DNA of 64,000 bases from Antedon mediterranea (lineage: Eukaryota; Animalia; Echinodermata). The notes beneath the pieces were generated by a model. It was given only the letters and a program-made list of their open reading frames with translations. It did no database searches and was not told the origin of the DNA. This document shows positions 37,566-52,159 of the stretch, one piece after another. A program made the translations under genes and the position numbers. Each line of letters begins with the position of its first letter. The first letter of the stretch is position 1. The DNA lies in NCBI RefSeq assembly GCF_964355755.1, contig NC_092670.1, forward strand, positions 18,586,795-18,650,794, written 5' to 3'.

Positions 37566-40383
37566 ATGGAAGCCCCAACAAATTCAGATGAGACATCTGC
37601 AACAGAAACAGAAATAACTCAATCAATGGAGACATGTGACAAAATTGAACCTGGAGTGAAAGAAAATCATTCTTCGGTCAATACTACCAGTAACGAATCC
37701 TTAAAAATTGAAGATAATTCATCAGAAAAAAAAGAAACTGATTTACAAAATGAAAAAATAAATGAGGATGGTGACAACGTCTCATCAGAAACTGTTACTT
37801 TTAAACTTGTTTACATGAAGAAAAATTATGACATTACCTTTGAACTAGATGCTAAAATATCGCAGCTGAAACAGAAAATTCAAAGTTTAACAGGTAACAA
37901 AGATTAATCCAGGAAACAGATCAGATCTCTTTTAATATTATTTTTAGGGAGTTTTTGGTCGAACAATTAAACCTTAATTTTAACGGATTAACATTCTATT
38001 AATTTGCATAACAGCATAGTTGCGAACAGTTGTGTTAACATACTTCAATTTTTATTCAATGAAGGCTTAGAAAAAACACTTGCCAGTGTTTAAAACCATA
38101 GGACTAGAGGAGGTGTAGATCTTTTTTTGCATTGAACTGAGTTTACAAGTTAGAAAATATTGTTAAAATTAAGGTTTACAAAAAGTCTCTATTATTAGAA
38201 AAATAATCCTTTCATTTTAAAGATCACTCTGTAATTTTTGTAAAATATAGATTTTTGTCTTGTGGTAAAAGACATCAATTCAATACAATTATATTTGGTG
38301 ATCTCTCTAAACCTTACTTGATATTTATTTAACGAAATTATATTTTTGTTAGATGTGCCGCCAGCTATGCAAAAATTAATGTACAAAGGGTTGGTGAAAG
38401 ACGAACAGACATTACGAGAGTCAAAGGTCACGAAGGGTGCTAAGATGATGATGATTGGTTCTACACTTAAGGATGTGTTGACGGTAACAACCACTCCAAC
38501 AGCATCTGGTGTACCTATTCAAGAAACAGGTATGTAATAAAGTTTATGTGACAAAAGAATGTGATGTGCCCATATATGGACATGATGATGTCAAATTACT
38601 ACCATATTTGGGCACATCACACTTTTTTGTTAAACTAGTAGAATTTATTCTTTATATTATGTACACCCTTCATTCAGTATCAATATCATTTTAAAGTAAA
38701 TTATAAAAAAGAGCATTTTTAAGATGTATAACAGGCAAATTTAAAGTTGGTTGTTATGGCATATGGTAGGTTGTTCATGTTCCTTAAATTCAGTAATAAT
38801 ATTAATGAAGATTTCTTTCGCCGCCAAAGGTGCTCAAGCATTGTACTTTTTTAATGGTACTTTTTAAATTTACATAAAACTATTTCAAAATTATGATTTT
38901 CGTAATAAGTTCTATGCATGTCATCTGAAATTAATACTTTAATTTACTCTATTTGCATATTATATATCTATACACATCCATTGAATTCAAAGTATTGTTT
39001 GTGTTACAGCAGGCACCACGAAAGAGCCATTAAGTCGGCAAAAGCTTCATAAAAAGGTTCTAGATAAAGGAAAACCAGAGGATATCATGCCAGGAATCAA
39101 AAATAAAAAGGTATCAGGAGTCAAATTCATCAAATGTGCTTATAAAAAAAACCCAACAAATTATTTTAAAACTTTATTTTAAACTTAAACTAACATATAG
39201 AAATTATTTAAAGATATTTAAATGAAGTCAGATAATAAAAAAATGCTTGATAAATGAAACCTCCTGTTTTTCACTTAAGTACCTTTTGACTATCTTTCAC
39301 TTAAGCAAAAAGATTGATAACTGCCAGTCCTGGTAATCTTCTATCTCATTCCAGATTATTGTTAGTACAAAGTTACAATCTTTACTTTCTTTGCAGGAAC
39401 CATTACCAAATTTCCCAATATCAGGAATGTTCAACAAATCTGGTGGAAAAGTACGGCTAACTTTTAAACTTGAACTAGACCAGTTATGGTTAGGAACAAA
39501 AGGTATTATTTGTTTTTTATTTTGATGTTTACAGTTACAATTCCATGTTTGAACTCTTTTTTATTTATCATCGTTAAAATATAAAGAAATCAGAAACTAA
39601 GGTCGATAAAGAGGTAAAAATGAAACACATAAATATTTGAAATGAGCTTGTAATGTACCCTAAAATTAAGTATCATATTATTATTTAAAATCATAACTAC
39701 AGAACATAGACTAACTTTAACCATGAACTATAGAGTAGTTCCATGCTTTAACCATTAAGTGGCATTTTCATTTTAAAGATCAGCAAAAGAGATCAGAAGT
39801 GATGGTAAATAAGCCTAACAAGCTAATGACGGTTTTTCCCCTTTCATTGAAAAACTAAACCCTCTGTAAAAATCTTGTATATTGTCTTGTATGTATTACT
39901 TTTCTTGTATAAATATGTCAATTTCAGAGAGAACTGAAAAGTTAAAGATGGAATCGATTAAAAAGGTTGTAAGTGAACCAATTGAAGGCCACGAAGAATA
40001 TCATATTTTGGTGAGTTCTCTGAAATCTTTATTTTGCATTTATAATTTATTAATAAAATAATTAATTGCAGGATTTTTTGAAAAAGTTTGATAGTGTAGA
40101 CAGGGCTTTATAGCCAGTCGGTTATAACAAACATATAGTATTACTGTATACATGAATGCATTGTGTGGTGTGGTTTACACAAACAGCGACATTTCAATCA
40201 AGAAAGAGATCAAATAAACCAGCAAATTGCCTAGCTAACCAAAACAAATATATATAAACTTATTTTTAGGCCCTCCAGCTTGGCCCAACTGAAGCCTCGA
40301 GATATTGGATATATTGGGTGCCAGCACAATATGTGGATTCTATCAAAGATGCAGTTCTTGGTAAATGGCAGTCTTTCTTCTGA
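37566..40383 (+). CDS. UBFD1: Ubiquitin family domain-containing protein 1
   Basis: Exons about 37566-37893, 38352-38529, 39011-39110, 39397-39502, 39928-40010, 40270-40383; VPPAMQKLMYKGL, KEPLSRQKLHKKVLDKGKPED, GMFNKSGGKVRLTFKLELDQLWLGTKERTEK, ALQLGPTEASRYWIYWVPAQYVDSIKDAVLGKWQ. Confidence 0.96.
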
Positions 40384-41087
40384 CAAAAACTTATCTTCAT
40401 AAAAAAGCTGCTTATATCCAGCGCGCTAATTCATCAAAAGGTCAACAAATGGAAAAGTAACACAACTGACATAATTTGTACTAATTTTGTACAATGTAAA
40501 TAACATCTAATGTATTATAAATCAATTGCTTGAAGGTTAAAGTTCATGGAGGTCACAGTGCATATCTTATGCTGTGTGGTTCTTCAGAATAAGCGGTTTT
40601 TTTCATTGCACGATCGTGACGCATTTCATAAAAAGCAAAATTAAGAAGATTAGGAAAAAGATTGCATGGATGCCCATGAAACAATCTCTCCACTTTATCT
40701 TTCATAGCTTATTTCCCTCATTGCCCAAAGTAAGATGTTATTAAAGATATTATTTTTTCAACCATTGTGTTTCATAATTTATATAAAAAAAGATGAATGA
40801 TAGATTATATGAATAATTAAAAATGCTTAATCAAAATGATCAAAATTTCAGGATTTGTTGGAAGAAAGATAAAAAGACACAACATTTTGGCGCTTATAGC
40901 GTGTCATACCTGAGTTAAGACAAATATTAAACAAATGAATATTACATAATTTAAGATTTTTCAAAATAATGCTCCGGATATAGAGTTTTACAGTTGCTAT
41001 CATTTTACTGTAAAAGTTGTAACCCCACCTACTGTAAAGTTAATTTAATTGTTTTATTTAAAAAAAAGAAGAAACTTCAAATACTTA

Positions 41088-41240
41088 CCAAAGCCCAATG
41101 AATCCTAGCTAAAGCCTTTTGTTAACTGTTAGATTTCACAAAGCCCTATGAATCCTAGCTAAAGCCTTTTGTTAACTGTTAGATTTCACAAAGCCCTATG
41201 AATCCTAGCTGAAGCCTTTTGTTAACTGTTAGATTTCAGA
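41088..41240. repeat. 50-bp tandem repeat x3
   Basis: Unit caaagccctatgaatcctagctaaagccttttgttaactgttagatttca. Confidence 0.9.
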
Positions 41241-41589
41241 ATTCGTACGTACAAGAAAGTAGAAAGTATTCTATGGTCTTGTAATCTCTGTGATTTGTTC
41301 ATAATAAAGTTATTCATAAGAAAGATTTGTTTTTGTTTCTGAAATTGAGATTATTTGCACAGCAGATTTTTGTTTATATACCTTTTGTATATTTAATGTT
41401 AAAGACCGGGAAGAATTATATTATTCGATACCTTGTTTGATTATTTGTTGATCCCCTTTGCACCACTTATCCCATGTTCACACCATTATCTTTTTTTTGT
41501 GGGAACCTCTGGGCTACACAAATTTCTATTGTATTAAATGTTGTAATTATTTCTAATTATTTAGTCAAACTTCGACTTGGTAACAAGTT

Positions 41590-42337
41590 TTAAGATTGCT
41601 TATCAGTTTCATCTTTGTAACCAAGCAATGTCAGGAGAATCGTGGCGTAGTTACATTCCCAACCATTCCAAGAAAGGCCCACCGTTTTCCTCAGTAGATT
41701 TGGGAGATCTGGAACACCAGATAGCGCCCTAAGAATCGCTAAATTATTCACACTACTCGTCACTAAGGTATAAATGCACCATCTGGTCATCCGTGGGTCG
41801 GTTGTCGATCCTAGGTTATCTGTGATGGAACTAATCCCCCCGTTTCTCACGAAGCTGTCGATATTGTCCCTATGACCCTTGCAGATCTCACTGACACTTC
41901 GCACAGCTTGTATGCGTAGAGCTCGTGGATTCTCAATGTTGTTCAGTATTTCGAGAACGAGATGAATGTATTTTCCGGCACTCTTCGATGCTTCGGGTCC
42001 TCCTATAGAATTGAAATATAACATTAATGCCCATCTAGGCCCTAGTATTTGTTGTCACAATATTTAAATGAATATTTGAACCCCTTGGTTGGTTAGTTTC
42101 CTTTGAGAATATTTTGTTGGCTGACCTACCTGTGTATGCTAAGTGTCCAATTTTTTTCAACGCTTCAATTTTTGTGTCAACGTCAACTCTATCTGAAAGA
42201 ATCTGAGCGTTCATTAATATACCACGTTTGTACAAGTTGGTTTCATTGTCCCACGCGTTGCCTTGCTCGGCGTGCGAAGCTAAATGCTGCCATGTTTTCT
42301 CCACACTTTGAACAACTTTTTTCATGGAATTAAACAT
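41590..42337 (-). CDS. ARMH2: Armadillo-like helical domain protein, ARMH2 (C6orf229)-like, 2 exons
   Basis: Exons about 42130-42337 and 41590-42003; KIGHLAYTGGPEA, WCIYTLVTSSVNNL and WNGWECNYATILLTLLGY resemble my recollection of ARMH2 (KIGLLAFTGGP, WTCYVLSVMTCNNL, WSGWTENFAEVLYFLIGF). Confidence 0.8.
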
Positions 42338-44689
42338 TTTGAATGAAGTGTATTAGATAGACAATAGGAAAAAGGTGTTTTTAAGGTTTAAACATACAGC
42401 AGTAATGGTCCAAAAGACTCCGCGTGGAATAAGCTCCTTTTAAATTGCGCGCGAAAATTCTTAAGACGTTAATTTAAATTAAAGCGCGTGTGAATAAATT
42501 AATACGCGCTCTTTACAACGACTGCCAAAGATAATATAGCGCTGCTGCTATACCATCTACCTCCTTTAACAACTATAATCTAATTGTGATTATAAAACGG
42601 TCTCTATTTAAAGTAGTGTATACTATAAAATTTGAATATATGTTTAATTGCCTTTTCCATTCCCGGCCGGGCAACAATTGTCATCACAAGAACCTGTAAC
42701 TAATCAGTTAAAATGATCAAATAAATTGCTTTTAAATTCTCTCTATAATATTCCACTAATCTACAATTTTTTTTTTAAATCTGCGTTGTTTCTGATATTA
42801 ATGTAGCCTATACATTTTTACATTTTATTCATTCATTAAATCCTGCTCTTTGCCTGTCCGTCATAGAGGGCCTTATCCGCGTTACGTTTAAATGCAAGTA
42901 CATTACTATAATATTCACACACCATGTACCGAGGTCTTATATAGATTCAAGACGAAAGATATTAAGCCTTCAGAATAATTACTTTCTATCTCTGTACCAA
43001 AGAGGGATATCTATACGTCACATCCGGTTGATTAGGATTTGAAATAAATGTCATGTTAGCTACTGCAGTGCTTGTCTAGTTCGTGCCGTTTTCCAATCCA
43101 TCAATTTGTCTTATTGTAAACCATTGATCTATGTTTCTCTTATCACTGTCACGAAACGTATCCATACAATTTAATGATGATGCGATACTGTTGTAGATTT
43201 GTGTACATCTATTTCTGTTGTTGTAGTGACTTGCTTGCTTATATCGTTGAAGCATTTTACTTATATTATTAAGTCTTATGTAGATTTGTTTCGGTATATC
43301 TAACACAATTATGTTAATGTGTTGGAGAGTTGTACTAACAACGTTTTTAAAACTATAGGCATATATAACGATCTCATGTTTCTTGTTTTGGCTGCTGATA
43401 GTACTGAGTTATGCACATTTATTAGTCTTCTTTCGAACAAATCGTGTCACTATACCATTATGTTAATGCTTTTATGTAGCGACCCTGGATTGTTGTATAA
43501 CATTTTCAGTACTGAGTCAAATGGTTATGAAGCAGTGTTTAACTTAACTGGAGTTTTTGAATCTAGAAACTGGCCTCATGCTGGATGATGGTGTAATAGA
43601 ATTTCATTTTAGAAATAACGTCCATAACAGAAACAAAATTAAATGAAACAGAACCCCTATTAACGGGACACCCTCCCTTGAAAAGAAATGTACCCTAAAT
43701 AGCCTTAAATATATCGCTCGTCATTCGTTTAACTTAAAAATGTCCATTATTAGGGGTGTCCCAAAGGATGGAAAGAGGGGAGGGGTGTTTGGTGTGCACC
43801 GGTACGTCTCCTGCGTATTACTTATGCCGTTCCTGATATTCCTGACATTTCAATTAGATTTTTGTAGAAAGTATAATTGTGTATATACAGCATTATATAG
43901 ACCTACCGTATATTATAAAAATACTGATTTTTGTTGCTGTATACAATTGTGCTGGTGATTAGAAATAATGGAATATACACTGTACATACATTACGATGAC
44001 AAAGACCGGAATTAGAGTGCAGCAAAAAAAAAAGAAATCAATGACATTATGTTACAATAATACCGTAGCTTATGCCAGGCATATTTCAATTCAATTAATT
44101 TATTTACCAATGGCAAAATGGACTGTACAGGCCTACGCCAGTTATCTATAATTGAGAGTAGGCGATTGCTAAGAGCAATTCCTGTAATGTTGTGTATCTG
44201 CATTGGATTTGTGAAAGGTTAGCGACCAGCAGTCTAAAATCCCAAACCCACGATTGCAGGTTCAGCGTACTGATGATGATTTTATTTTGAACGACAATAA
44301 ATAAAAAAACAAAGTCCGTTAAAATTGACGTATAAAAAAACAAATTTAATTTTGTTCGCAGATATTCAAAGTCTTAGGCTAGCTATTTACACACGTCGTA
44401 CGACACACAGCAAGAACGTCTTAATCTCTGTTTACACCATCAAACAATTTTGACAAAAACAGTTGTGATGTGCTTAAATATGGTAGTGATATGACATCAT
44501 CCTGTCCATATTGTTTTGTCACAGTTTGATAGTGTAGACAGAGCTTTTAAGTCGACTGCTTCTTATTAGTTCGCTCAGAACCATTGTTTATCCCGTATAT
44601 TTGATTATTGGTTTAAATTTGCATAATAACCACAATAAACACAGCAAGGATGAAGTATTACCCCGGATACATTATTTTTTTCCTATTAG

Positions 44690-45115
44690 GTTAAGGCAGA
44701 AGTCATGAATAATTCACGACCCTCATTATTTTCTATGATAAAGCTTGGTTCCCACTAGGACGCAACGCAAGGACGCAATGTAAGCTTGTTAAAGCGTGGT
44801 TCCCACTAGCGACGCAACGCAAGGACGTAACGCAACGCAAGTGAATTGACCAATCACAAGCGATGGCTTATTCGCTTTTGATTGCTAACTGTCTATAACT
44901 TCGCTTGTCATTGGTTAAAACGCTTGCGTTGCGTTTACGTCCTTGCGTTACGTTCTAGTGGGAACCAAGCTTTACCAATGAGAAACGACAGCTCGAATAA
45001 TCCATCGCTGGTCAACTCACTTACGTTGCGTTACATCCTTGTGTTGCGTCTTTGATGAGAACCAAAACAAATATATAGCGTAGGTCATGAATTATTCATG
45101 ATTTCTGCCTTAACA
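44690..45115. mobile_element. Triple-nested MITEs: outer TTAA-GG element, older family-B-like copy, young family-B copy
   Basis: Outer ttaaggcagaagtcatgaataattca / tgaattattcatgatttctgccttaa; middle 44741-45065; inner 44792-44972. Confidence 0.8.
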
Positions 45116-45546
45116 TCAAAGGAGAAAAATAACCCACCCCGCATGGGTGCGGCCTATTAGTATTACATTTAATATTTTCAGTACAGCAAGCATTGATCAC
45201 CTACACCATTTTTATACTGACTTTAGGCCTAATAGCAGTAGACACAATAACTGTAACAAATATTCATTATCGATTTATGTGTTTTTGTGACTGATACGAG
45301 GTGTAAATGTTGTATTTTCAAGTGTTAAAATCAATAAAAATAATATTCTTTACGTGAAAGAAGTATACAGTAGAGATTATAATGTTTAGAATGTACCGTT
45401 ATTACTATTATTATGTTCATATCTTAAGATATCATGTTGCATAATGATTATCAGTTGGGTGATATACATTATATAGTGACCGTTTTGAGTTTTCGAAGTT
45501 GCTCAGTAAAATAATGTCGTTCGTATTCGTTTATTGTTGTTCCATC

Positions 45547-45748
45547 CAATGGCGTAACGCAGATGCCTGACGCCCCTGGTTTAGGGAACCTTTGTGGTCC
45601 TCCAATGCTAGCTGGAGGCCTCGGGCGTTTTTAGCTTTTTCGACATATTTGAATGCCCTTTTCCTCTTGGCACTGCTCAGGGGCCCCCATGAGCTCCGTG
45701 GCCCGTGGGTTGATCCAGTGAACGCTCATCATAGCCGTTACGCCACTG
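45547..45748. mobile_element. hAT-type MITE (family C)
   Basis: Ends caatggcgtaacg / cgttacgccactg; TSD gttccatc / gttcaaac; internal homology to 21331-21515. Confidence 0.8.
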
Positions 45749-46021
45749 GTTCAAACAACAATAAATAATGCATTTGTTTAATTCAGAACGTCACTGTTTC
45801 AATGTGAATGTCTTGTTTCTCCATTTCCTTCTTCCTGCCCGTATTAGTTATTCCTGACATTTTTGTTATAAAGTCGTCGCATTGGTATAGCACAATTCGT
45901 ACATGATGATAGCACATCAAGGAGCATTTCCAATGTTTACACAAAGCCTAAATACAATTGTTTAAATTAATAATGTAGCAGGTTGTAACACGTGCGCCAG
46001 AATGGTGCATGATTTGAGTCT

Positions 46022-49000
46022 TTACTTATAAATAGCTCCACACGAGGCACACCTCTGTTTCGACATCATGAGGCAACATATCAACCCCATAGGAAAAAAG
46101 AAAACCGCACAACAAATTCCAAGAACAGAATATGACACTTTTAAGTCAGTTCTACAAGTTGGACAGACGCTGTCCAGGGCTACCCACTCGTTCTGTTGCT
46201 CTTGCATTTTGATTGTATGTTGATCCGAACCTGGCGGACCATGCGTGTAAGCTACTACAGTAGTTTTTGTTGCCATATTCGTCGATTGATTTGCTTGAAG
46301 AAGGCCAGATGATGAATATTTAGGAATCTGCTGGAATTGGCCGGTGTGGTACTGACCACCGGTGTGTGGTGGTGGTGGGTACACAGGCTGGTTTGCCAAG
46401 TATTGACCAGTGTTTGGTTGGTAAATCGGTGGTTGGCAAATCGGTTGATTCGTCTGGGGCGGGTAATAGCCCGTCTGATGTGATTGCTGCCACAGCGGAG
46501 GATATGACGGATCTGTAAATCAGAAAAGAAAAAGAAGTTAAAATTTAAATTCATTATAAACTAGATACTGTATTTACTATTTGATTAAGAATACCTCTTG
46601 GTCAACAACAGCAATGTGCGATGAGTTCACAGAATATAGAACACTGTACGGTGATTAACGTCACTTTGGTAAATGCATGCTACCTCAATATTTCAGCGTT
46701 GTGTATTTACAGTTTTTTTTTAAAGCTAAGTATTCGGTACCGAGTAAAGAATGGAATTCTGGGCGATTCCATTAGTGGCACTGCGCATTAGTGTCCTTTC
46801 GTACCTTTATAAAAAGTACGATGTAAAACTCTACACTATCAAACTAAAAAAGGTCATATACAATATGGCTGCTGTCGCGTGCTTAAATTTGAGTTAGTGT
46901 TTACCGACCGACCGACCGACCAACCGACCGACATAGTGAGAGCTGTAGAGTCGCGTTTGCACGCGACTAAAAACACAAAAAAATGTGCAGTGATGTGCTC
47001 AAATATGGTAGTGATGCCCAAATATGGTAGTGATATGACATCATCATGTCCATATATGGGCAAATATATTTTATCATCAAACTAGTTTGATCATGGACCT
47101 ATTAGTCCATGGTTTGATAGTGTAGACAGAGTTTTAAGCACATACCAGATATTGCTTGATTAACTTATTGCAAAAGATCGCGTTATAAATTGATATATAC
47201 TGTTGCATTTTAGTGCACTACCCCTGAGCATCGAATGATGACGTAGCACTGATACCTAATGAGCTGTTCATCGAAGCTGTCAAGCAATAGAAACAAATGG
47301 CGATTGCTATATATTAATTTTCACATTTATTTCAAAACCGTTTCACATATAACCTTTTACGTTCATTTGAGACTATTATAATTTTGCACACTTTTAATCA
47401 AATTTGTTTTCACTTTTAATCGTTACTCGCATAATTGATATGTTTTCAAATTACAATTCCCGATCATTTTATCTCGCATATGTTTGCTGTCCTACGTACG
47501 CACGTACGTGCCTTCAAGCTTGGTTCCCACTAGTGACGCAACGCAAGGACGTAACGCAACGCAAGTGAATTGACCAATCACAAGCGATGGCTTATTCGCT
47601 TGTGATTGCTATAACTGTCTATAACTTCGCTTGTCATTGGTTAAAACGCTTGCGTTGCGTTTACGTCCTTGCGTTACATTCTAGTGGGAACCAAGCTTTA
47701 AGCTCTGTCTACACTATCAAATTTTATGTGACTAAAAAATGTGATGTGCCCATATATGGACACGAGGATGTCATATCACTACCATAATTGGGTATAACGC
47801 TTGGGCACATTGATTTTATGCTCGTTTTATTTATTTATTCTATGTTATTATACTTTGTTTCTGTGTTTATCGTATGAATACACACAAAATACCGGTCCTT
47901 GCGCACTATCTACCAAAATATGTTTGCCTGATCATCAATAATACGTATTCGATCGTAGATGGCTGTTATTATTGTAACTCTCCGTGGAACGATAAACAAC
48001 GACTCTTCTGGCCAGAGCAAACTTCAAATAAATTATTATAATATACAATATTCTACAACTAGTTCGTTATGAACTATTCTCGCTGTAATTCAGGAGATCA
48101 CATTGTTGTTGTTTTACCGTTGCTGAAACGTTAAAACGAAATATAATGTAGCGGCTATCTATGGGAAAATAAGTGCTTATTACCTTCCTCCGTGGCTACT
48201 ATGACTAAACCGACTATGTTATACCAGGGAGTTGTAAATTAGTAATTACAACTCCCTGGTTAGGAACCTTCAATGATGGTTATACGGTTTGCGATTTATA
48301 GTTTATCTATAGTTTTACTGATATAACTCTATCGAACGACCTGATCACTCTTTATAAACAATCATCAACTGCACTACCCCTAGGATCAATAGCATAACAG
48401 ATATAGAAATGATTCGGAGAATAGCAGAAAACAAACAGGAGGAGAGCAATACGATATTATAAACAAAGCAGCCGAGGCGGGAAAGTCAGACTATCTGGCG
48501 AACCGACAATAAAGTATAAGTAAAGTTGTTTAACTGAGAATGGTTTCTTGCTAGGTTAGTAATTGGTCACTCGGTTGGTTAGTAAATGGTTAGTTAATTG
48601 TTTTGCTTCCCAGACAGTTGATTGGTTGCAAGAATCAGTTACCCAATCCGTCGGCTGGCTGTGGTTAACTGATTTGTAAAGTAAAGTTTAGATTGACTGA
48701 TATATGTTGGAAGTTTGCTTTGAAATCGTTCTTTGTAAAGCGATATAAATGATCAAAACGAAAAACATACAAATAACCAATTACCGTTAAATATAAGTAT
48801 CGTATCATGAATAGCCTAATTACCATAACAATTATTTTATGTAATTTTTAGCAATTATTATTGATAATCCAATCATAGTCATGAATTGTAATCTTCTCAG
48901 AAAATGCAAATTTGACTTATTGAGATTATACAGCTATCTGCTGATAGCCTGGAGAATTCTGCTTAATATCCTTGACGACTTCAGATTTGCGATCGCAGAG

Positions 49001-50538
49001 TATGACAATGTGTTAATAACATGTCAAATGAGAGACAGACAAACAGACCATCAGGCTAAATATGTTTGAATAACAATATTCAATTAAACTATATTCTCAT
49101 TTACGAATGATTTTTTTTTATTAAAACAAAAATTAATAATAATGATAATAACTACTTTTAGTATTTGGATTTTTCTACAAAATAATCTTTATTGAATAAA
49201 ATTCAATTAAAACTCATTTTCGATGTTTGTCCGAACAGTGATTTAAAAAAAAATCAATTATCTGTCATTGATAATAACTAACTAAAATTTGGATTTTTCT
49301 ACAAAATAATCTTTGTTATAAGAACGACAAACCGAAGACAAACACCGAAACAGCGGCGTAAAAAATATATTATTATTACAATTTCAGTTTACAGTAGTAC
49401 ATATATATGTAATTATAAATAGTTATACATGTCAAGTTTAATTAGAAGTGTCTACTTAAGAGACTGTTAAATGGTGTGCATTAACCGTCACTTAACGCAT
49501 CCACACAATTCTTACATTTTGTATCGTAAAGTACAAATGGAAATATGAAAATGCATTTCATCTCTGTGCGTAGTAAAATATGAATAAATTCATGTATCAG
49601 ATTTATTGCGATATGTATGATATTAAAAAATGATTTAACTAAAAGGTTTAAACGCCTCCTGCTCCACGTCGTCGTCAATAGTGACGACGGTGATAACAAT
49701 TAAATATCTTATAAGAAACTGGAAAATTAAAGCCCCTGGTAGCTAGCTCGCGTATACAACTTTTTTTTTAAATTAGCCAATTTAGATACTGTATCGGTCA
49801 TGAATATTGATGCGTACATTTTATCATCCTAAATATTAATAAATTTATGTATACTAGTTAGACCTATTTATTGCAACATTTATAATGTTAATGTTTTACT
49901 AAATGTTTTAAGCGCCTAGGCCTATGCCTACTATACTACTACCGTACTTACGTCTATGCACATAGATTGGAGAGGCAAAAGATATTAGCTCAAACTTCTG
50001 TTTTTTTTTAATGAACCAATTTAGGTATCGGTGAAGAATAGTTGAAACAACTTGCATGCATTTTATATATAAAATAATTTACTAAATGTTTTAAGCGCCC
50101 AGGCCTACTACATATCGTACTTATTCTACATGTGATCAGTAAATGGATGCACAGTAGATTGGAAAGGAAAAAGATATTAGCTCAAACTGATTTTTTTAAT
50201 GAGGCAATTTAGTTATCGGTGAAGAATATTGTGAACAACTTTTATACATTTTGTATATACATTGTATATACTATAAAATATAAAAACTATATATTTTGGT
50301 GATGATTGTTGAATATTATACGGAGTGTTGATATTTTTGGTATTTTAACTATTATATTTATCAATATTTGAGTTGCATTTCAACACTAATAACTCACCCA
50401 CGTTACAAAGAAATAATGACCATCTTTTTATTTTTAGCATTCCCCAAGGAAATTGTAAATTTATTTCTTACCTGAGTTCGCCAAACCGGCTTCAAGTAAT
50501 GGATAAGACGCCTGTTGTGCCGCCGACTGATTTGTCAT
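46022..50538 (-). CDS. BRI3-like membrane protein, divergent paralog
   Basis: Exon 1 50472-50538 (MTNQSAAQQASYPLLEAGLANS, phase-1 donor) plus exon 2 46022-46512: Pro/Gln/Tyr-rich region, then CPTC...LGICCAVFFFPMGLICCLMMSKQRCASCGAIYK*. Confidence 0.85.
46850..46973 (-). mobile_element. Helentron-associated non-autonomous element (HINE/DINE-1-like) inserted in a family-A MITE
   Basis: Minus strand: ttttt agtcgcgtgcaaacgcgact (palindromic subTIR), (gtcg)n microsatellite, second subTIR gcacgcgac, short terminal hairpin; sits in a T-run. Confidence 0.75.
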
Positions 50539-52159
50539 TTTTATAATGATAGCCGTTTCAGTTACCGTACGATGAGAGAAAACACAATAAATCCTTTTAA
50601 TTCGCCAGACCACGATATAATTTCTACTTCTTTTTGATTTGTTTGTATTAATATTACAGTGATATTTTCTATCTGGTAGAACGAATTGCTATTGATATTC
50701 AATAATCATTTGCGATATACGTAATGCGTGGTTGTAATTAACAGTTTAGTGTCCAATCTCGCGAAAGTGATGTGCGCCCTCTCTTTGAGGTTTTATCAGG
50801 TTACCGTACTTCAACCTTGTTGTATTACAGATAATAAAATAGTCTAACTATTTAATCCATGATTACAGTGGACACTTTCCTGTGAAATAAAATGTTTAAA
50901 TACACGGGAAAAACAATTCAGTGAACGCCGCTATGTATTAGCATTAGCGATAGATAATTAGGGTTGGAGCTCCACCCACTATAGGACGCAATGCAATCAG
51001 GGACGTAAAAAGTGATTTGACCAATCACAAGCAATGGGTTATTGGAACTTTCGCTTGCCAATGGTCACCTCGCTTGCGTTACGTCCTTGTGTTGCGTAAT
51101 TTTCACTACAAAAAATACATTTAGGGGCGGGGGTTGGAAGGGTTACGTTGAGCGAACACCCAACATAATAAATTATAAATAGGGGTTTGGGAAAAACATC
51201 TCTCTCCTCTGGCCTAATTCTACCGCGTCCGATATCGTAAAGACAGTGGGTCACAATGAAACTAAGAGTACCGTCCAGAAACAGAATCGTACCCAATCAT
51301 TAATATATCGATGAACTCGTGTTTTATTTCGCTGGATATAGGCCTAAGCTGACGTGAACAGACTAACGTCTGACACTCCGATTCAGCACTGGAGACGTCA
51401 CACACACACACACACACACACGTTAGAGAGTAGATTCTTTTTTTTTTTTTGCGAGACTCATTTTTTCAGACACTTGAGAGTGCAGAGGTGGACAACTAAG
51501 CATCGAGAGACTGTACTCACGTGACTTTTGGATGGCTTATACACTCACCATTGCGTGACATGGCATTCATTGAGGGTGAATATTGTTGCTTTTTGCAAGG
51601 CCGGTTTTAAATAAGACTGACAATAAATTATGGCACTGCTGGACATCGACAATCTGGTTCAGAGACGTACATAAACTTTATTCCAACATACAGTAGTTAC
51701 ATTTACAAACAATTTAAACTAAATATTAAAATTCATAAATTGATTGAGCATCAAATTATATTAGATGAGCATTTATGATTTGCCTTGATTCTGTAATGAT
51801 GCAGACATTTTGTAAAAAACTTTACTTATACACACAAACATCAAATTTGTAGTAAAATCTTTAGTAAAATCTAATCATTATACTTGAATAAGTAGTGAAC
51901 GGGTCAGACAGGGTAGGAACAAAGTCCTCCATACACAGTTCACTAATGCCTCAGTAAGCCTATTTGAACTGCTACTTTCTTCTGATAATTATTTGTAAAT
52001 TTTTACATAAAAAACACTCGTCCTTTTCAATTATTAATTGCTTTTTTAGATGCTAAACAAATTGGTGTTTGGTTTATTTTTAAGCTGCTTTGTTTTCTTT
52101 ATTTATACGTGATGACAAAATTTCGATTTTCTTCTGATGATTTGGCTTGTGATGGTGCT

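Noticed and set aside
49740-50260. Degenerate local duplication of about 180-200 bp in a BRI3-like intron
   Set aside because: Ordinary decayed tandem duplication with no coding or structural signal.
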